Shown here: positions 40,511-49,142 of the stretch, piece by piece
How positions within the stretch are numbered: the stretch's first letter is position 1
How the letters are laid out: every line of letters begins with the position of its first letter
IMG/VR virus record: IMGVR_UViG_3300045970_000794
Coordinates: 248,001-312,000 of that record
DNA: 64,000 nucleotides
Reading direction: 5' to 3' (one strand)
The notes under the pieces: model-generated
What the model was told of the DNA's origin: nothing
The model's input: only the letters and a program-made list of their open reading frames with translations
Database searches by the model: none
Made by a program: the position numbers and the translations under genes

Positions 40511-40654
40511 TCCCCATGAGGAAAATTTTCCCAAAAAAATTTTTTGTCATCCAGAAAAAATAAAAAAATAGGGTCGATATATAGGCAAAAACACTATACC
40601 CCAAAATTTCTAAAAAAATTTTTCCGAGGGTCCGACCCCCAACCTTACGGGCGT

Positions 40655-40712
40655 GGGAGGGGGGGTGTAAAAGGGGGGATACGGGAGGTAGGGGTAACGG
40701 AGGGGAGGGGGG
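40655..40712 (+). other. G-run tract with G-quadruplex potential
   Basis: GGG-A-G7-TGTAAAA-G6-ATAC-GGG-AGGTA-G4-TAACGGA-G4-A-G6. Confidence 0.8.
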
Positions 40713-40783
40713 TATATTTATTTTTAATATACTCTTTACTTTTTAATTTTTATTAGTATTTATAATATATAAATTAATATATT

Positions 40784-41401
40784 ATGGAGAATAAGATAAA
40801 GAAAAAATTAAAGAGAAGAGGAAATAAATTATATCAAACATATTTTTTTAATCCTGACAATATCATCAATGAAATTATCAATCAAATTGATAATAATGAA
40901 ATAATTAATGAAAATAATTGTGAAACTGTTTTTAATATTAGTGATAAAAATATTCCATTAGTATATGAATTGATTTCTTATTATCCTAAAAAGTTAAAAG
41001 AATTAAAATATATAAATGATGAAACGATAAATGAATTGTATAAAGTATATGGTGAAACTATATCAATAATAAAAGAGAATAGAGATGGTCGAACAAATGT
41101 ACGTGGTAAAATAACTAATAGTGCATTGTCACGAGCAAAGTTATATAATTTACCATGTGATATTATAAGTGAAGATATTATTTTAGTACGGACTTGTAAA
41201 TATTTAAACATACCAATTCAATACGGAAATTCATCATCAGCAAATAATTCACCTTCAATAGATAAAATAAATCCAAATTTAGGTTATGTAAAAGGTAATA
41301 TTGAAATAATATCAATGTTAGCTAACAATATGAAGAGTTCAGCAACTATTGAAGAGTTATTAACTTTTTCAAAGAACGTATTAAAAATTTATCAAAGATA
41401 A
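40784..41401 (+). CDS. HNH-like (His-Me finger) endonuclease
   Basis: C..L..P...SPSIDKINPNLGYVKGNI.IIS..AN.MKS. Confidence 0.7.
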   Translation: MENKIKKKLKRRGNKLYQTYFFNPDNIINEIINQIDNNEIINENNCETVFNISDKNIPLVYELISYYPKKLKELKYINDETINELYKVYGETISIIKENRDGRTNVRGKITNSALSRAKLYNLPCDIISEDIILVRTCKYLNIPIQYGNSSSANNSPSIDKINPNLGYVKGNIEIISMLANNMKSSATIEELLTFSKNVLKIYQR

Positions 41402-41475
41402 AAAGCTAAAAATATAATAATTATTGCAAATAGACTTAATAACAGTTTAAGGTTAAATTTTTCAATATTATTCAT
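41392..41475 (-). CDS. 27-aa hydrophobic peptide (not in ORF track)
   Basis: MNNIEKFNLKLLLSLFAIIIIFLAFYL directly behind promoter module P1. Confidence 0.4.
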   Translation of the reverse strand: MNNIEKFNLKLLLSLFAIIIIFLAFYL

Positions 41476-41489
41476 GATAATAATTTTTA

Positions 41490-41560
41490 ATTAATATGTT
41501 ACAAAGGTAATAAAAATAAAGTTACCAAACAAATTATTCAGTAACTTTATTTAATATATT
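41490..41560 (-). promoter_or_regulatory. Module P1 (with inverted repeat)
   Basis: -7 box TACCTTTG 41509-41502. Confidence 0.7.
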
Positions 41561-41563
41561 AAT

Positions 41564-41908
41564 TTAAGCAATCATTGATTTTCGTTTAACTAATCTACTT
41601 TCAACCACATCGAATGCTTTAGTTTTATGAACGTCTTCGCTAACTTCATCGATAGAAAGGATAGCAATTAAAGATTTTTTAACTAGAGGACTTTCAACCA
41701 CATCAAATGCTTTAGTACTTTGTTTATCGGCACTACATTCATCGATAGAAAGGATAGCCACATCGATATTGGTGCTGGGATTAATCGAAGGCAAAGCGGT
41801 ATCGTAGCTGAATGATACGAAAGTATCATCATTAGATGTTTGTACTTGTGCATTAGCACAGAAAGTTAGAGTAAATAAGCAAATTGCGAACATGATTAAG
41901 TTTTTCAT
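41564..41908 (-). CDS. Secreted protein with two 31-aa internal repeats
   Basis: Signal peptide; AILSIDE..TKAFDVVES twice (93-bp period, 41597-41758). Confidence 0.65.
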   Translation of the reverse strand: MKNLIMFAICLFTLTFCANAQVQTSNDDTFVSFSYDTALPSINPSTNIDVAILSIDECSADKQSTKAFDVVESPLVKKSLIAILSIDEVSEDVHKTKAFDVVESRLVKRKSMIA

Positions 41909-41920
41909 AATTTTAAAATT

Positions 41921-41988
41921 TTAGGTTAATAATATAATACAAAGGTAAATAAAATAAATGAGAAAAACAAATATTATTTAATATATTT
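41921..41988 (-). promoter_or_regulatory. Module P2
   Basis: -7 box 41947-41940. Confidence 0.8.
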
Positions 41989-42312
41989 TGCTAAATAATT
42001 ACGATAATTTTGTCTATATTTTTTATAGTATTGTTTTTTAATAATATTAAGATTATAACCAATGGATTCCAATTCATTTTTTAAATCATTATATTCGGTT
42101 TCAGTAGCTAATTTGGATATTGAAACGCAATGCAAATACATTGCTTCAGAGTGTTGTCCGTTATGCATATATGATAATATATTACCACGACTTGATTCTA
42201 TTTCATAAGGGAATAAAGCAATAATATCACCTTCTTTAAATTTTCTGAAAATTACATCAGTTTTATTAATATCTTTTTTAAACGGGAATAAAGTAATATT
42301 ATCTTTTTTCAT
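41974..42312 (-). CDS. Hypothetical phage protein
   Basis: VIFRKF..IIALFP..SY.H.GQHS; follows P3. Confidence 0.7.
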   Translation of the reverse strand: MKKDNITLFPFKKDINKTDVIFRKFKEGDIIALFPYEIESSRGNILSYMHNGQHSEAMYLHCVSISKLATETEYNDLKNELESIGYNLNIIKKQYYKKYRQNYRNYLAKYIK

Positions 42313-42324
42313 GGTGTTTTGGTT

Positions 42325-42394
42325 TTAGTATTGATTAATATAATGCAAAGGTAATATAAATAATTGAGAAAAACAAATATTATTTAATATATTT
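42325..42394 (-). promoter_or_regulatory. Module P3
   Basis: -7 box 42353-42346. Confidence 0.85.
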
Positions 42395-42589
42395 TTAAAT
42401 ATAATATTTATCAGCTGTAAATTGTTTATCAAAAACGACCATACTATTTGATTTTGAAGGGTATTTATTAACTAAATTAATAGCTTCATCACGTGTTAAG
42501 CCTCTTCTTATTATTTCACGTCTTCTTGAAACTCTGAACACTTTATATACTTTATAAGTTCCAATGTATTTTTTTTCAATTGTTTTCAT
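42395..42589 (-). CDS. Hypothetical protein
   Basis: 64 aa; follows P4. Confidence 0.65.
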   Translation of the reverse strand: MKTIEKKYIGTYKVYKVFRVSRRREIIRRGLTRDEAINLVNKYPSKSNSMVVFDKQFTADKYYI

Positions 42590-42600
42590 AGTGGTTTGTT

Positions 42601-42670
42601 TTAGTATTGATTAATATAAGACAAAGGTAATATAAATAATTGACAAAAACAAATATTATTTAATATATTT
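42601..42670 (-). promoter_or_regulatory. Module P4
   Basis: -7 box 42629-42622. Confidence 0.85.
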
Positions 42671-42730
42671 TTATTTTTATTTTATATTGCTTGGTATCAT
42701 TGTATTATAGAGAAAAGATGAAAATAAATT

Positions 42731-42800
42731 GAAAATAATTGCATTTTTATTTGGTAGATTAAAATAATTGTTGTAGATTTGCAATATCAAATTAATCAAT
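42731..42800 (+). promoter_or_regulatory. Module P5 (class B upstream element)
   Basis: -7 box TAGATTTG 42774-42781. Confidence 0.75.
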
Positions 42801-42822
42801 TTAACCACTAAAACATATTATT

Positions 42823-43395
42823 ATGAAAAACGTAGAAATTCAAATTATCGCTTCTGACAATGCAACTAGAGTTATTAACACTTTAAAAAATGCAGTTAGA
42901 AAATCACCTACAGGCGTTTCAATGATTAGCATTAGAAATTATACTAATAGTTACAATGAAATTAGTAACTCACGTATTAACATTGGTGCAAGTTACGAGA
43001 ATGCAAAACAAAAAGATATTAACTTTTTGAAAGCCCTTGACATCACTACATTAGAGAATAGAAAATCTGACGTTGTTACTTTAGAAATGGCAAGAATTGA
43101 ATTAATCAAATCTTTTGAAACACCCGATAAAAATCGTTCTAATGGTCAAATCGATGCTTATACTCATATTGTAAGCGGTTTAAAAGTACATAATGAAACT
43201 TCTAGGGTATATATTTATGGTTTGAGAGTAGCAAAGGAAGTTATTGTAAAAGGTGAATATCCAGTAGTGAATAGCAAACCACTTACTATTGCAAAAAATG
43301 AATTGAGAAAATTGTTAAAAACTAATGAATTTGTAAATTTTGCAATTGATATGACTGAAAGTATTCGTGCAAATGGTGAAGAGTTAACATTCTAA
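42823..43395 (+). CDS. Hypothetical protein
   Basis: 190 aa with own promoter and terminator. Confidence 0.75.
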   Translation: MKNVEIQIIASDNATRVINTLKNAVRKSPTGVSMISIRNYTNSYNEISNSRINIGASYENAKQKDINFLKALDITTLENRKSDVVTLEMARIELIKSFETPDKNRSNGQIDAYTHIVSGLKVHNETSRVYIYGLRVAKEVIVKGEYPVVNSKPLTIAKNELRKLLKTNEFVNFAIDMTESIRANGEELTF

Positions 43396-43412
43396 GCTAA
43401 TCAACTAAAATT

Positions 43413-43444
43413 AAAAGGGGTGAATTTATTCACTCCTTTTTTTT
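43413..43444 (+). terminator. Intrinsic terminator
   Basis: AAAAGGGGTGAA-TTTA-TTCACTCCTTTT plus T run. Confidence 0.8.
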
Positions 43445-43603
43445 GTTCTTATAAATTTAAGCTATTAATTAAATAGGTAATAATATAAATTAGGCTTCAT
43501 TAGATAAGCTATAAACGACTTTAATAATGTTTTAATATTTGGATATAGTTTGGATATTGGAGTGCCTTAAATCGCTTTAAAATGCTTAATGAAAATAATT
43601 ATA

Positions 43604-43669
43604 AAATATATTAAATAATATTTGGAATTATAGATTTTAATTTGTACCTTTGCATTATATTAACCAATA
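43604..43669 (+). promoter_or_regulatory. Module P6
   Basis: -7 box TACCTTTG 43645-43652. Confidence 0.85.
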
Positions 43670-43682
43670 AACCTTTTATATT

Positions 43683-43958
43683 ATGGAAACTACATTGAAT
43701 ATGAATGAACACAAATTTTATGTCTTAACTGATGATACTGGTAAAATAGTTGCTATCATTAGGACTGAAAGTATTCCACCATTTTGGAATAAGATTGAAC
43801 AAGCTATTAGAGAAGACCTTTGTTTAGAAAAGGATGTTAAAGTTAAATTAGTATCTAGTATTAGTCAGAATGAGAATACAACTATTTTCATTGATATTGA
43901 ATTTGGTGGTGGTATATGGGTTGGTAGTTATGAGTTAACGCAAACGGCGGTATATTAA
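43683..43958 (+). CDS. Hypothetical protein
   Basis: 91 aa with own promoter and terminator. Confidence 0.65.
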   Translation: METTLNMNEHKFYVLTDDTGKIVAIIRTESIPPFWNKIEQAIREDLCLEKDVKVKLVSSISQNENTTIFIDIEFGGGIWVGSYELTQTAVY

Positions 43959-43964
43959 ACAAAG

Positions 43965-43988
43965 AAACCCAGTAGAGATACTGGGTTT
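43965..43988 (+). terminator. Intrinsic terminator
   Basis: AAACCCAGTA-GAGA-TACTGGGTTT plus T run. Confidence 0.85.
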
Positions 43989-44028
43989 TTTTTTGGTATG
44001 ATACACAATTTAAAAGATACACAATTTA

Positions 44029-44042
44029 TACACAAATGTGTA
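44029..44042. promoter_or_regulatory. TACAC-N4-GTGTA palindrome 1
   Basis: TACACAAATGTGTA, preceded by two ATACACAATTT half-sites. Confidence 0.6.
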
Positions 44043-44099
44043 CTTTCTGAAAAATATTAGTATTTATTAGTAAATAATATATTATTAATATTTTAATTT

Positions 44100-44738
44100 A
44101 TGCCATATAAAGATAAAGATAAAGAAAAACAATACCAAAAGGAATACAGAGAAAAGAATAAAGAATATTTCGAAGAATATCGAAAAATACATAAATATAA
44201 AAATAATAAATCGTATCAGGAATATAGTGAAAATAATAAAGAATCGTCCAAAAAATATTATAAAACTAAGGATAAAATTGTATTACAAAAAAAAGAATAT
44301 TATGAAAATAATAAAGAAAAATTAAAGCAATCTCAAAAGGAATGGCGAGAAAATAATAAAGATTATACGAATAAAATTGCTCGTAATAAATATAAAACAG
44401 ACCCATTATTTAAACTTAAACGAAGTATAAGGCGTATAATTGCTTTCAGTCTTAAAAATAAAGGACTCAAAAAAACCAGTAGAGCACACCTTATTTTAGG
44501 CTGTTCTTTTAATGATTTTAAAACTCATATTGAATCGAAATTTGAATATTGGATGACTTGGGATAACTATGGTTTATATAACGGTACGTTAAATTATGGA
44601 TGGGATATTGACCACATTATACCATTAGCAACGGCAATAAATGAAGATGAAGTGATTAGATTAAATCATTATACTAATTTGCGACCATTATGTAGTCATA
44701 TTAATCGGGTAATAAAACGTAATAAAATTGTGTATTAG
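44100..44738 (+). CDS. HNH homing-endonuclease-like protein (paralog of 4761-5363)
   Basis: GLYNGT.NYGWDIDHII.LATA..E.....LNHYTNL.PLCS.IN shared with 4761. Confidence 0.75.
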   Translation: MPYKDKDKEKQYQKEYREKNKEYFEEYRKIHKYKNNKSYQEYSENNKESSKKYYKTKDKIVLQKKEYYENNKEKLKQSQKEWRENNKDYTNKIARNKYKTDPLFKLKRSIRRIIAFSLKNKGLKKTSRAHLILGCSFNDFKTHIESKFEYWMTWDNYGLYNGTLNYGWDIDHIIPLATAINEDEVIRLNHYTNLRPLCSHINRVIKRNKIVY

Positions 44739-44944
44739 GTATAGCGTTTACTAACTTCCTCCACGTATTTAATAACCATTTGAGAATGTTCTGTGGCTTT
44801 TTTCACGTAGTCGACATTAGGGTAATAGATTTTTCTATTAGGGTAGTTTTTCTTAACGAATTCAATAAGTTCCATAAGAACATCATTAGTATTATCGAGA
44901 GCGGTAAGAATGAGTTCACGTTCATCTATTTCTAATTGATTCAT
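44735..44944 (-). CDS. Hypothetical protein
   Basis: 69 aa; follows P7. Confidence 0.6.
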   Translation of the reverse strand: MNQLEIDERELILTALDNTNDVLMELIEFVKKNYPNRKIYYPNVDYVKKATEHSQMVIKYVEEVSKRYT

Positions 44945-44954
44945 AAGATTATTG

Positions 44955-45000
44955 GTTAAAGGTTAATGCAAAGATAAGGATAATATTTCTATTATCCAAA
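44955..45000 (-). promoter_or_regulatory. Module P7 with GAAA hairpin spacer
   Basis: TTTG-GATAATA GAAA TATTATCC-T-TATCTTTG. Confidence 0.75.
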
Positions 45001-45011
45001 TTTTTTTGCAT

Positions 45012-45404
45012 TTATTTTAATTGGTTATAAAAAATACCTTTTTCAGCATTTTCAAGGTCTTTACCAGTTGCTCCACGAAACCAAGCATCCCAATAAGTTC
45101 TTTGACAACTAGAATCCATTAAACGACCAATAATGATTTCTCTAATGTTTTCTTTATATGCTTGCATATCGCTTAATAAGTGGTCTGCAATGTCTTCATT
45201 TGATAACATAATATTTTTTACTGTAACATCTTTATTTAGTTTTAAAAATGTTTCCTCATACTTAGCTTTAGCTTCTTCTAATGTTTTAGCATCCACAATA
45301 CACCATTCTTCGGAGTTAAAAGAAGCTTCTTCAACTGTATTGTACTGTGTTAATGTTTCACACTTACAATCATCATCAATATCATATCCTAATATAAATT
45401 TCAT
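45012..45404 (-). CDS. Hypothetical protein
   Basis: ATG 45404 (MKFILG); the track start is a promoter TTG. Confidence 0.6.
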   Translation of the reverse strand: MKFILGYDIDDDCKCETLTQYNTVEEASFNSEEWCIVDAKTLEEAKAKYEETFLKLNKDVTVKNIMLSNEDIADHLLSDMQAYKENIREIIIGRLMDSSCQRTYWDAWFRGATGKDLENAEKGIFYNQLK

Positions 45405-45414
45405 AGCAGTAAGT

Positions 45415-45484
45415 TTTAATTGGTTAATACTTTGCAAAGATACTACAAATAATCCACATTACCAAATATTATTTAATATATTTT
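45415..45484 (-). promoter_or_regulatory. Module P8
   Basis: -7 box 45442-45435. Confidence 0.85.
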
Positions 45485-45500
45485 ATTCCAGTAAATGGGG

Positions 45501-45532
45501 AAAGGCTGTCCCCCACTACAAGGACAGCCCTT
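45501..45532 (-). terminator. Terminator hairpin
   Basis: GGCTGTCC..GGACAGCC stem. Confidence 0.7.
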
Positions 45533-45563
45533 TAACAAAATAATCAACCTTAAAAATAATCAC

Positions 45564-46109
45564 TTATTTAAATAAATCAAAAATAATTTCTTCTTTACAA
45601 TAACTTGGTACTTCAATTTCCAGACTTATCACATCCCTAGCCCATGTACCAATTAATTCAACATTACCTTTTTTTGCTTCGTGGTTAATATGATAATCAC
45701 CGCCGCCACGTCCGTTGCCTTCGCAAGTCATTAAAGGAAGTGGGTGTATAATCCAACCGTCAACATCAACACATTTTCTTTTATCAATGAATTGATTTTT
45801 GCTGTGGTTAACCAAGTAAGGGAATATTTCTCTTTTGATAACTGTATCAACTGGATTAACTTTTGTTTTATCAGCACATCTACCATATACATTGGATTTA
45901 AGACCTTTGCATTCATCAGCATAATCACCAGCCCAAACAACCCTTTGTGGCTTCTGCATTATTAAACTTTCGAATGCACCAACAAATCTGTTTAACAACC
46001 AAGAATGTTCCATAAGGTTAAGACCATTGTCATAGTCATGAGAATATATCCATGCTTTGACTGTTCTTTTATTGTCGCCTAAAATGGCGGGGTTATAATA
46101 CTGTCCCAT
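45564..46109 (-). CDS. Hypothetical phage protein
   Basis: ATG 46109 (MGQYY); LMEHSW, HPLPLMT..GNGRGGGD. Confidence 0.7.
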   Translation of the reverse strand: MGQYYNPAILGDNKRTVKAWIYSHDYDNGLNLMEHSWLLNRFVGAFESLIMQKPQRVVWAGDYADECKGLKSNVYGRCADKTKVNPVDTVIKREIFPYLVNHSKNQFIDKRKCVDVDGWIIHPLPLMTCEGNGRGGGDYHINHEAKKGNVELIGTWARDVISLEIEVPSYCKEEIIFDLFK

Positions 46110-46119
46110 AATATAAAGT

Positions 46120-46171
46120 TTTAATTGGTTAATATGATACAAAGGTAAGTAAAATATTTTAATAAACCAAA
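46120..46171 (-). promoter_or_regulatory. Module P9
   Basis: -7 box 46147-46140. Confidence 0.75.
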
Positions 46172-46551
46172 CTTTTTAACACTTTTCTTTCAATTACTTC
46201 ACTTTTTGCAAAGAAACATTGTTTACCCGATAAACTTGGAACATAGTCACTAACAACATACTCAACTAATACGAATCCATGTTTTAAGATTTCTCTATTA
46301 TACCCTTTAAACCATTTACGCAATTTATTAATGGTATCACAAGTGGAATAATATTTACTAATCATACCACGATGTGAGACTGGTAAATCTTCATATAATA
46401 TTGGGTGCCCATCTGATTTCCAACTATGTTCACGACAAACCTTACGTTGAAAATCCAATACCTCCTCAACATTATTGAATGGTTTCTCATCTGCTCTATA
46501 AAAACCATCCTCATCGAATGGGCTTTCATAACGATATATAGTCATTTCCAT
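46159..46551 (-). CDS. Hypothetical protein
   Basis: 130 aa; carries the leader motif but no promoter. Confidence 0.65.
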   Translation of the reverse strand: MEMTIYRYESPFDEDGFYRADEKPFNNVEEVLDFQRKVCREHSWKSDGHPILYEDLPVSHRGMISKYYSTCDTINKLRKWFKGYNREILKHGFVLVEYVVSDYVPSLSGKQCFFAKSEVIERKVLKSLVY

Positions 46552-46584
46552 AATACGATTGGTTTAATTGATTAATACTAACAC

Positions 46585-47175
46585 TTATTTGTTATAAAAC
46601 GTTGTGTATGCTTTATAGCTTTTTGAAATTGTATTATGATAATCGTCTTCATTTTTTAAACTTAAAGCAGTTATTAAAACATTCAGAATTTGAACGAGTG
46701 AATATAATTTTAAATTTTCTTGGTTATTACAATCAATATAATTGGTTTTATTATTATAATAATAACCGTATGCGCTTGTCCTTGTAAGTTTATTAAATAC
46801 TTCATAAAATCTAATTAACAATTCATTTTCATTATAAAGTTCTTTAAACTCTGTTGCTAACTTGTTTTTTATATCATTAGTCCAATTATCAACAATCAAT
46901 GAGTAAATAACGCCAAAAAAATAGTTTGGATGTTCCCTTAATCCCATATCCCAACATCTTTGTATAAAATCTGAATGTGTGAAACCTCCAAAAGTATTTT
47001 TATTTCCAATTGTCATTGTTGGAATGAGTAAAAACCCATAATTTCGTTTATCCCTTTTAATACGATTATTTTCATCTAATAAGAATTTTGCTTCATTAAC
47101 ATTTGCAAATAACACCCAAAAAGGATTTGGGCTAAATGATTTACATAATAATAAACCGCTTTCAATATTTTCCAT
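46585..47175 (-). CDS. Hypothetical protein
   Basis: 196 aa; follows P10. Confidence 0.6.
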   Translation of the reverse strand: MENIESGLLLCKSFSPNPFWVLFANVNEAKFLLDENNRIKRDKRNYGFLLIPTMTIGNKNTFGGFTHSDFIQRCWDMGLREHPNYFFGVIYSLIVDNWTNDIKNKLATEFKELYNENELLIRFYEVFNKLTRTSAYGYYYNNKTNYIDCNNQENLKLYSLVQILNVLITALSLKNEDDYHNTISKSYKAYTTFYNK

Positions 47176-47186
47176 GATTTTTGGTT

Positions 47187-47275
47187 TTAGTATTGATTAA
47201 TATAATGCAAAGGTAATAAAAAAAAGTTGCTATCCAAATTTTTTAGCAACTTTTTTCATATTATTTAATATATTT
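47187..47275 (-). promoter_or_regulatory. Module P10 (13-bp inverted repeat over the -33 box)
   Basis: -7 box 47215-47208; arms 47220-47232 and 47244-47256. Confidence 0.8.
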
Positions 47276-47792
47276 TACCAACTTGAACCATATTCACAAT
47301 AGCTAGAAATACCATTTATCTCATCAGCTTTCAATTCTCTAATGATAGGTGCTAACATTTTAACGGTATCTTTAAGGTCACCAAAATAGCTTTCATCATA
47401 TTGAGTACCACCAAAAAAGAAACCACTTTGACTTGGCAATAATCTTTCAGCTACCTTTGGGCTTTTTGATTTAACAACTCTTCTACAAAGTTCAATCAAT
47501 GTTTCTAATTGATTTAAACTAACTTCATAATCGCCACAATCGTCATTACCCTCTTGAACGTTCTGAACAAACCAAGCATGAATTTGATTAGATTTGCACC
47601 AGTAAGCAACGTTTTCAGTGATTTCAGTTACTCGTTTGAATTTGATGTTAATTTGATGTTAATTTTGACTTTCTTTTCACCTTCATTTTCGATGTAAACT
47701 TTTCTTGAAATGTCAATAACACCTTTAACCTTATTGTGTTCGTATTGAGCACCAATGTAGGTTTTTTTACTTAAATACATATCTAGTCCCAT
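47275..47792 (-). pseudogene. MGLDMYL-type phage gene frameshifted by an 11-bp tandem duplication
   Basis: TTTGATGTTAA x2 at 47641-47662; removing one copy gives a 168-aa ORF with YWCKSNQIHAWFV. Confidence 0.8.
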
Positions 47793-47803
47793 AATATAAA
47801 GTT

Positions 47804-47874
47804 TTAGTATTGATTAATATAATGCAAAGATACAAAATATAATTCAAATAAACAAATATTATTTAATATATTTT
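47804..47874 (-). promoter_or_regulatory. Module P11
   Basis: -7 box 47832-47825. Confidence 0.85.
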
Positions 47875-47886
47875 TAATTATTTTAC

Positions 47887-48082
47887 ATAAATAATGGGTT
47901 AGGTAACCACACCTAACCCAAATAATCAATTAATCAATATACTAAACACACTATGAAGACGTACTCAGTTTCTTTAAATAGTTAGTAGCTACCTCCGAAT
48001 TCAACCCTTAGTAAATCTATTAAGTACAAGTCAGTAGAAAGTTATGTACTTCGAGGGTAATTGCTATCTAACTATAATTTCT
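47887..48082 (-). ncRNA. Candidate structured small RNA (about 195 nt)
   Basis: Own promoter P12, no ATG, long bulged stem (48068-75 with 47978-85; 48050-66 with 47986-99), terminator 47895-47920. Confidence 0.55.
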
Positions 48083-48087
48083 TTTTG

Positions 48088-48119
48088 CAAAGATACAACA
48101 AATAATTTACTTTACCAAA
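48088..48119 (-). promoter_or_regulatory. Module P12 (core only)
   Basis: TTTG 48119-16, N20, TATCTTTG 48095-88. Confidence 0.7.
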
Positions 48120-48514
48120 TATAATTGCAACGATTTATTAATTTCTTTTAAATAAGCTTCTGCTTCTGTTTTATTATATAAAGCATATCTATCCATTTGC
48201 TTACCATTATAAGGTTTTAATGTAACAACATCAATTACTTTGCCATCTCTATTAACAAAATAATAATAAGTTGAGCAAGCTGGCATTCCACTTGCTAATG
48301 ATTTACCCCTAGATGGAATGTATTGATTTGATTTCAATTCAAACTGTGGCGGTATTGCTGCTAAATAAAATACTACTTTTGATACATCAGATTTACATAC
48401 TACAGTTCTGAATTTTCTACCTGTGATTTTAACATCCTCTTTAGTGAAATTACTCTTTTCATAAGTGATTCCTTTTCTTGTAAATTTCTCGGGTAATACT
48501 GTAAATGTTTTCAT
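48107..48514 (-). CDS. Hypothetical protein
   Basis: ATG 48514 (MKTFTV). Confidence 0.65.
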   Translation of the reverse strand: MKTFTVLPEKFTRKGITYEKSNFTKEDVKITGRKFRTVVCKSDVSKVVFYLAAIPPQFELKSNQYIPSRGKSLASGMPACSTYYYFVNRDGKVIDVVTLKPYNGKQMDRYALYNKTEAEAYLKEINKSLQLYLVK

Positions 48515-48523
48515 GGTATAAAG

Positions 48524-48594
48524 GTTTAATTGATTAATATAATGCAAAGATACAATAAATAATTTAATCTACCAAATATTATTTAATATATTTT
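48524..48594 (-). promoter_or_regulatory. Module P13
   Basis: -7 box 48552-48545. Confidence 0.85.
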
Positions 48595-48622
48595 TAATAT
48601 ATTTTTAATTATTTTTCAAAAT

Positions 48623-48653
48623 AAAAGGGTTAGTCTACGGAACCAACCCTTTT
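48623..48653 (-). terminator. Terminator hairpin
   Basis: AAAAGGGTT..AACCCTTTT. Confidence 0.65.
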
Positions 48654-48690
48654 AACTCGACACCTGCCGCCAACTGAGTAATTAAATTAC

Positions 48691-49062
48691 TCAATATTTT
48701 GAATCCTTAACAGCCTTTTGAATTAGCTTAATAGCTTCAATACACTGCTCGGGAGTAATAGCCTTATACTTTTTATTACATTTGATATGATTGTAAATTT
48801 TTTCAGCTTCACAACCACTTGGTAAATTGGTATTCCAATCCTTTTCTTTTGCAAATCCAACTCCAATTCGTGTGAATTTTGGAAAGCCAACAATAGCTTG
48901 GTCTTTATGTAACTTCACTCTGAAAACCCAATAGTTTTCATCGATTGGTGGGGTTATCATTATAACTCCACGGTTGCCATTACTGAAAATTGAACTCACA
49001 TCACCTTTGAAATATTCATTGAATTCAACTACTAACTTAGGTACTTCTGTTTTTGTTTCCAT
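48691..49062 (-). CDS. Hypothetical phage protein
   Basis: 123 aa; TPPIDENYW..GFPKF..DWNTNLP. Confidence 0.7.
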   Translation of the reverse strand: METKTEVPKLVVEFNEYFKGDVSSIFSNGNRGVIMITPPIDENYWVFRVKLHKDQAIVGFPKFTRIGVGFAKEKDWNTNLPSGCEAEKIYNHIKCNKKYKAITPEQCIEAIKLIQKAVKDSKY

Positions 49063-49073
49063 GATAAATAGTT

Positions 49074-49142
49074 TTTATTGATTAATATAATGCAAAGATA
49101 AGTAAAATATTTTAACCCACCAAATAAAAATGCAATTATTTT
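49074..49142 (-). promoter_or_regulatory. Module P14 (class B)
   Basis: -7 box 49100-49093. Confidence 0.85.

Noticed and set aside
40544-40756. 70-aa ORF over the G-rich tract
   Set aside because: TTG start and low-complexity Gly/Arg/Lys content dictated by the G- and A-runs
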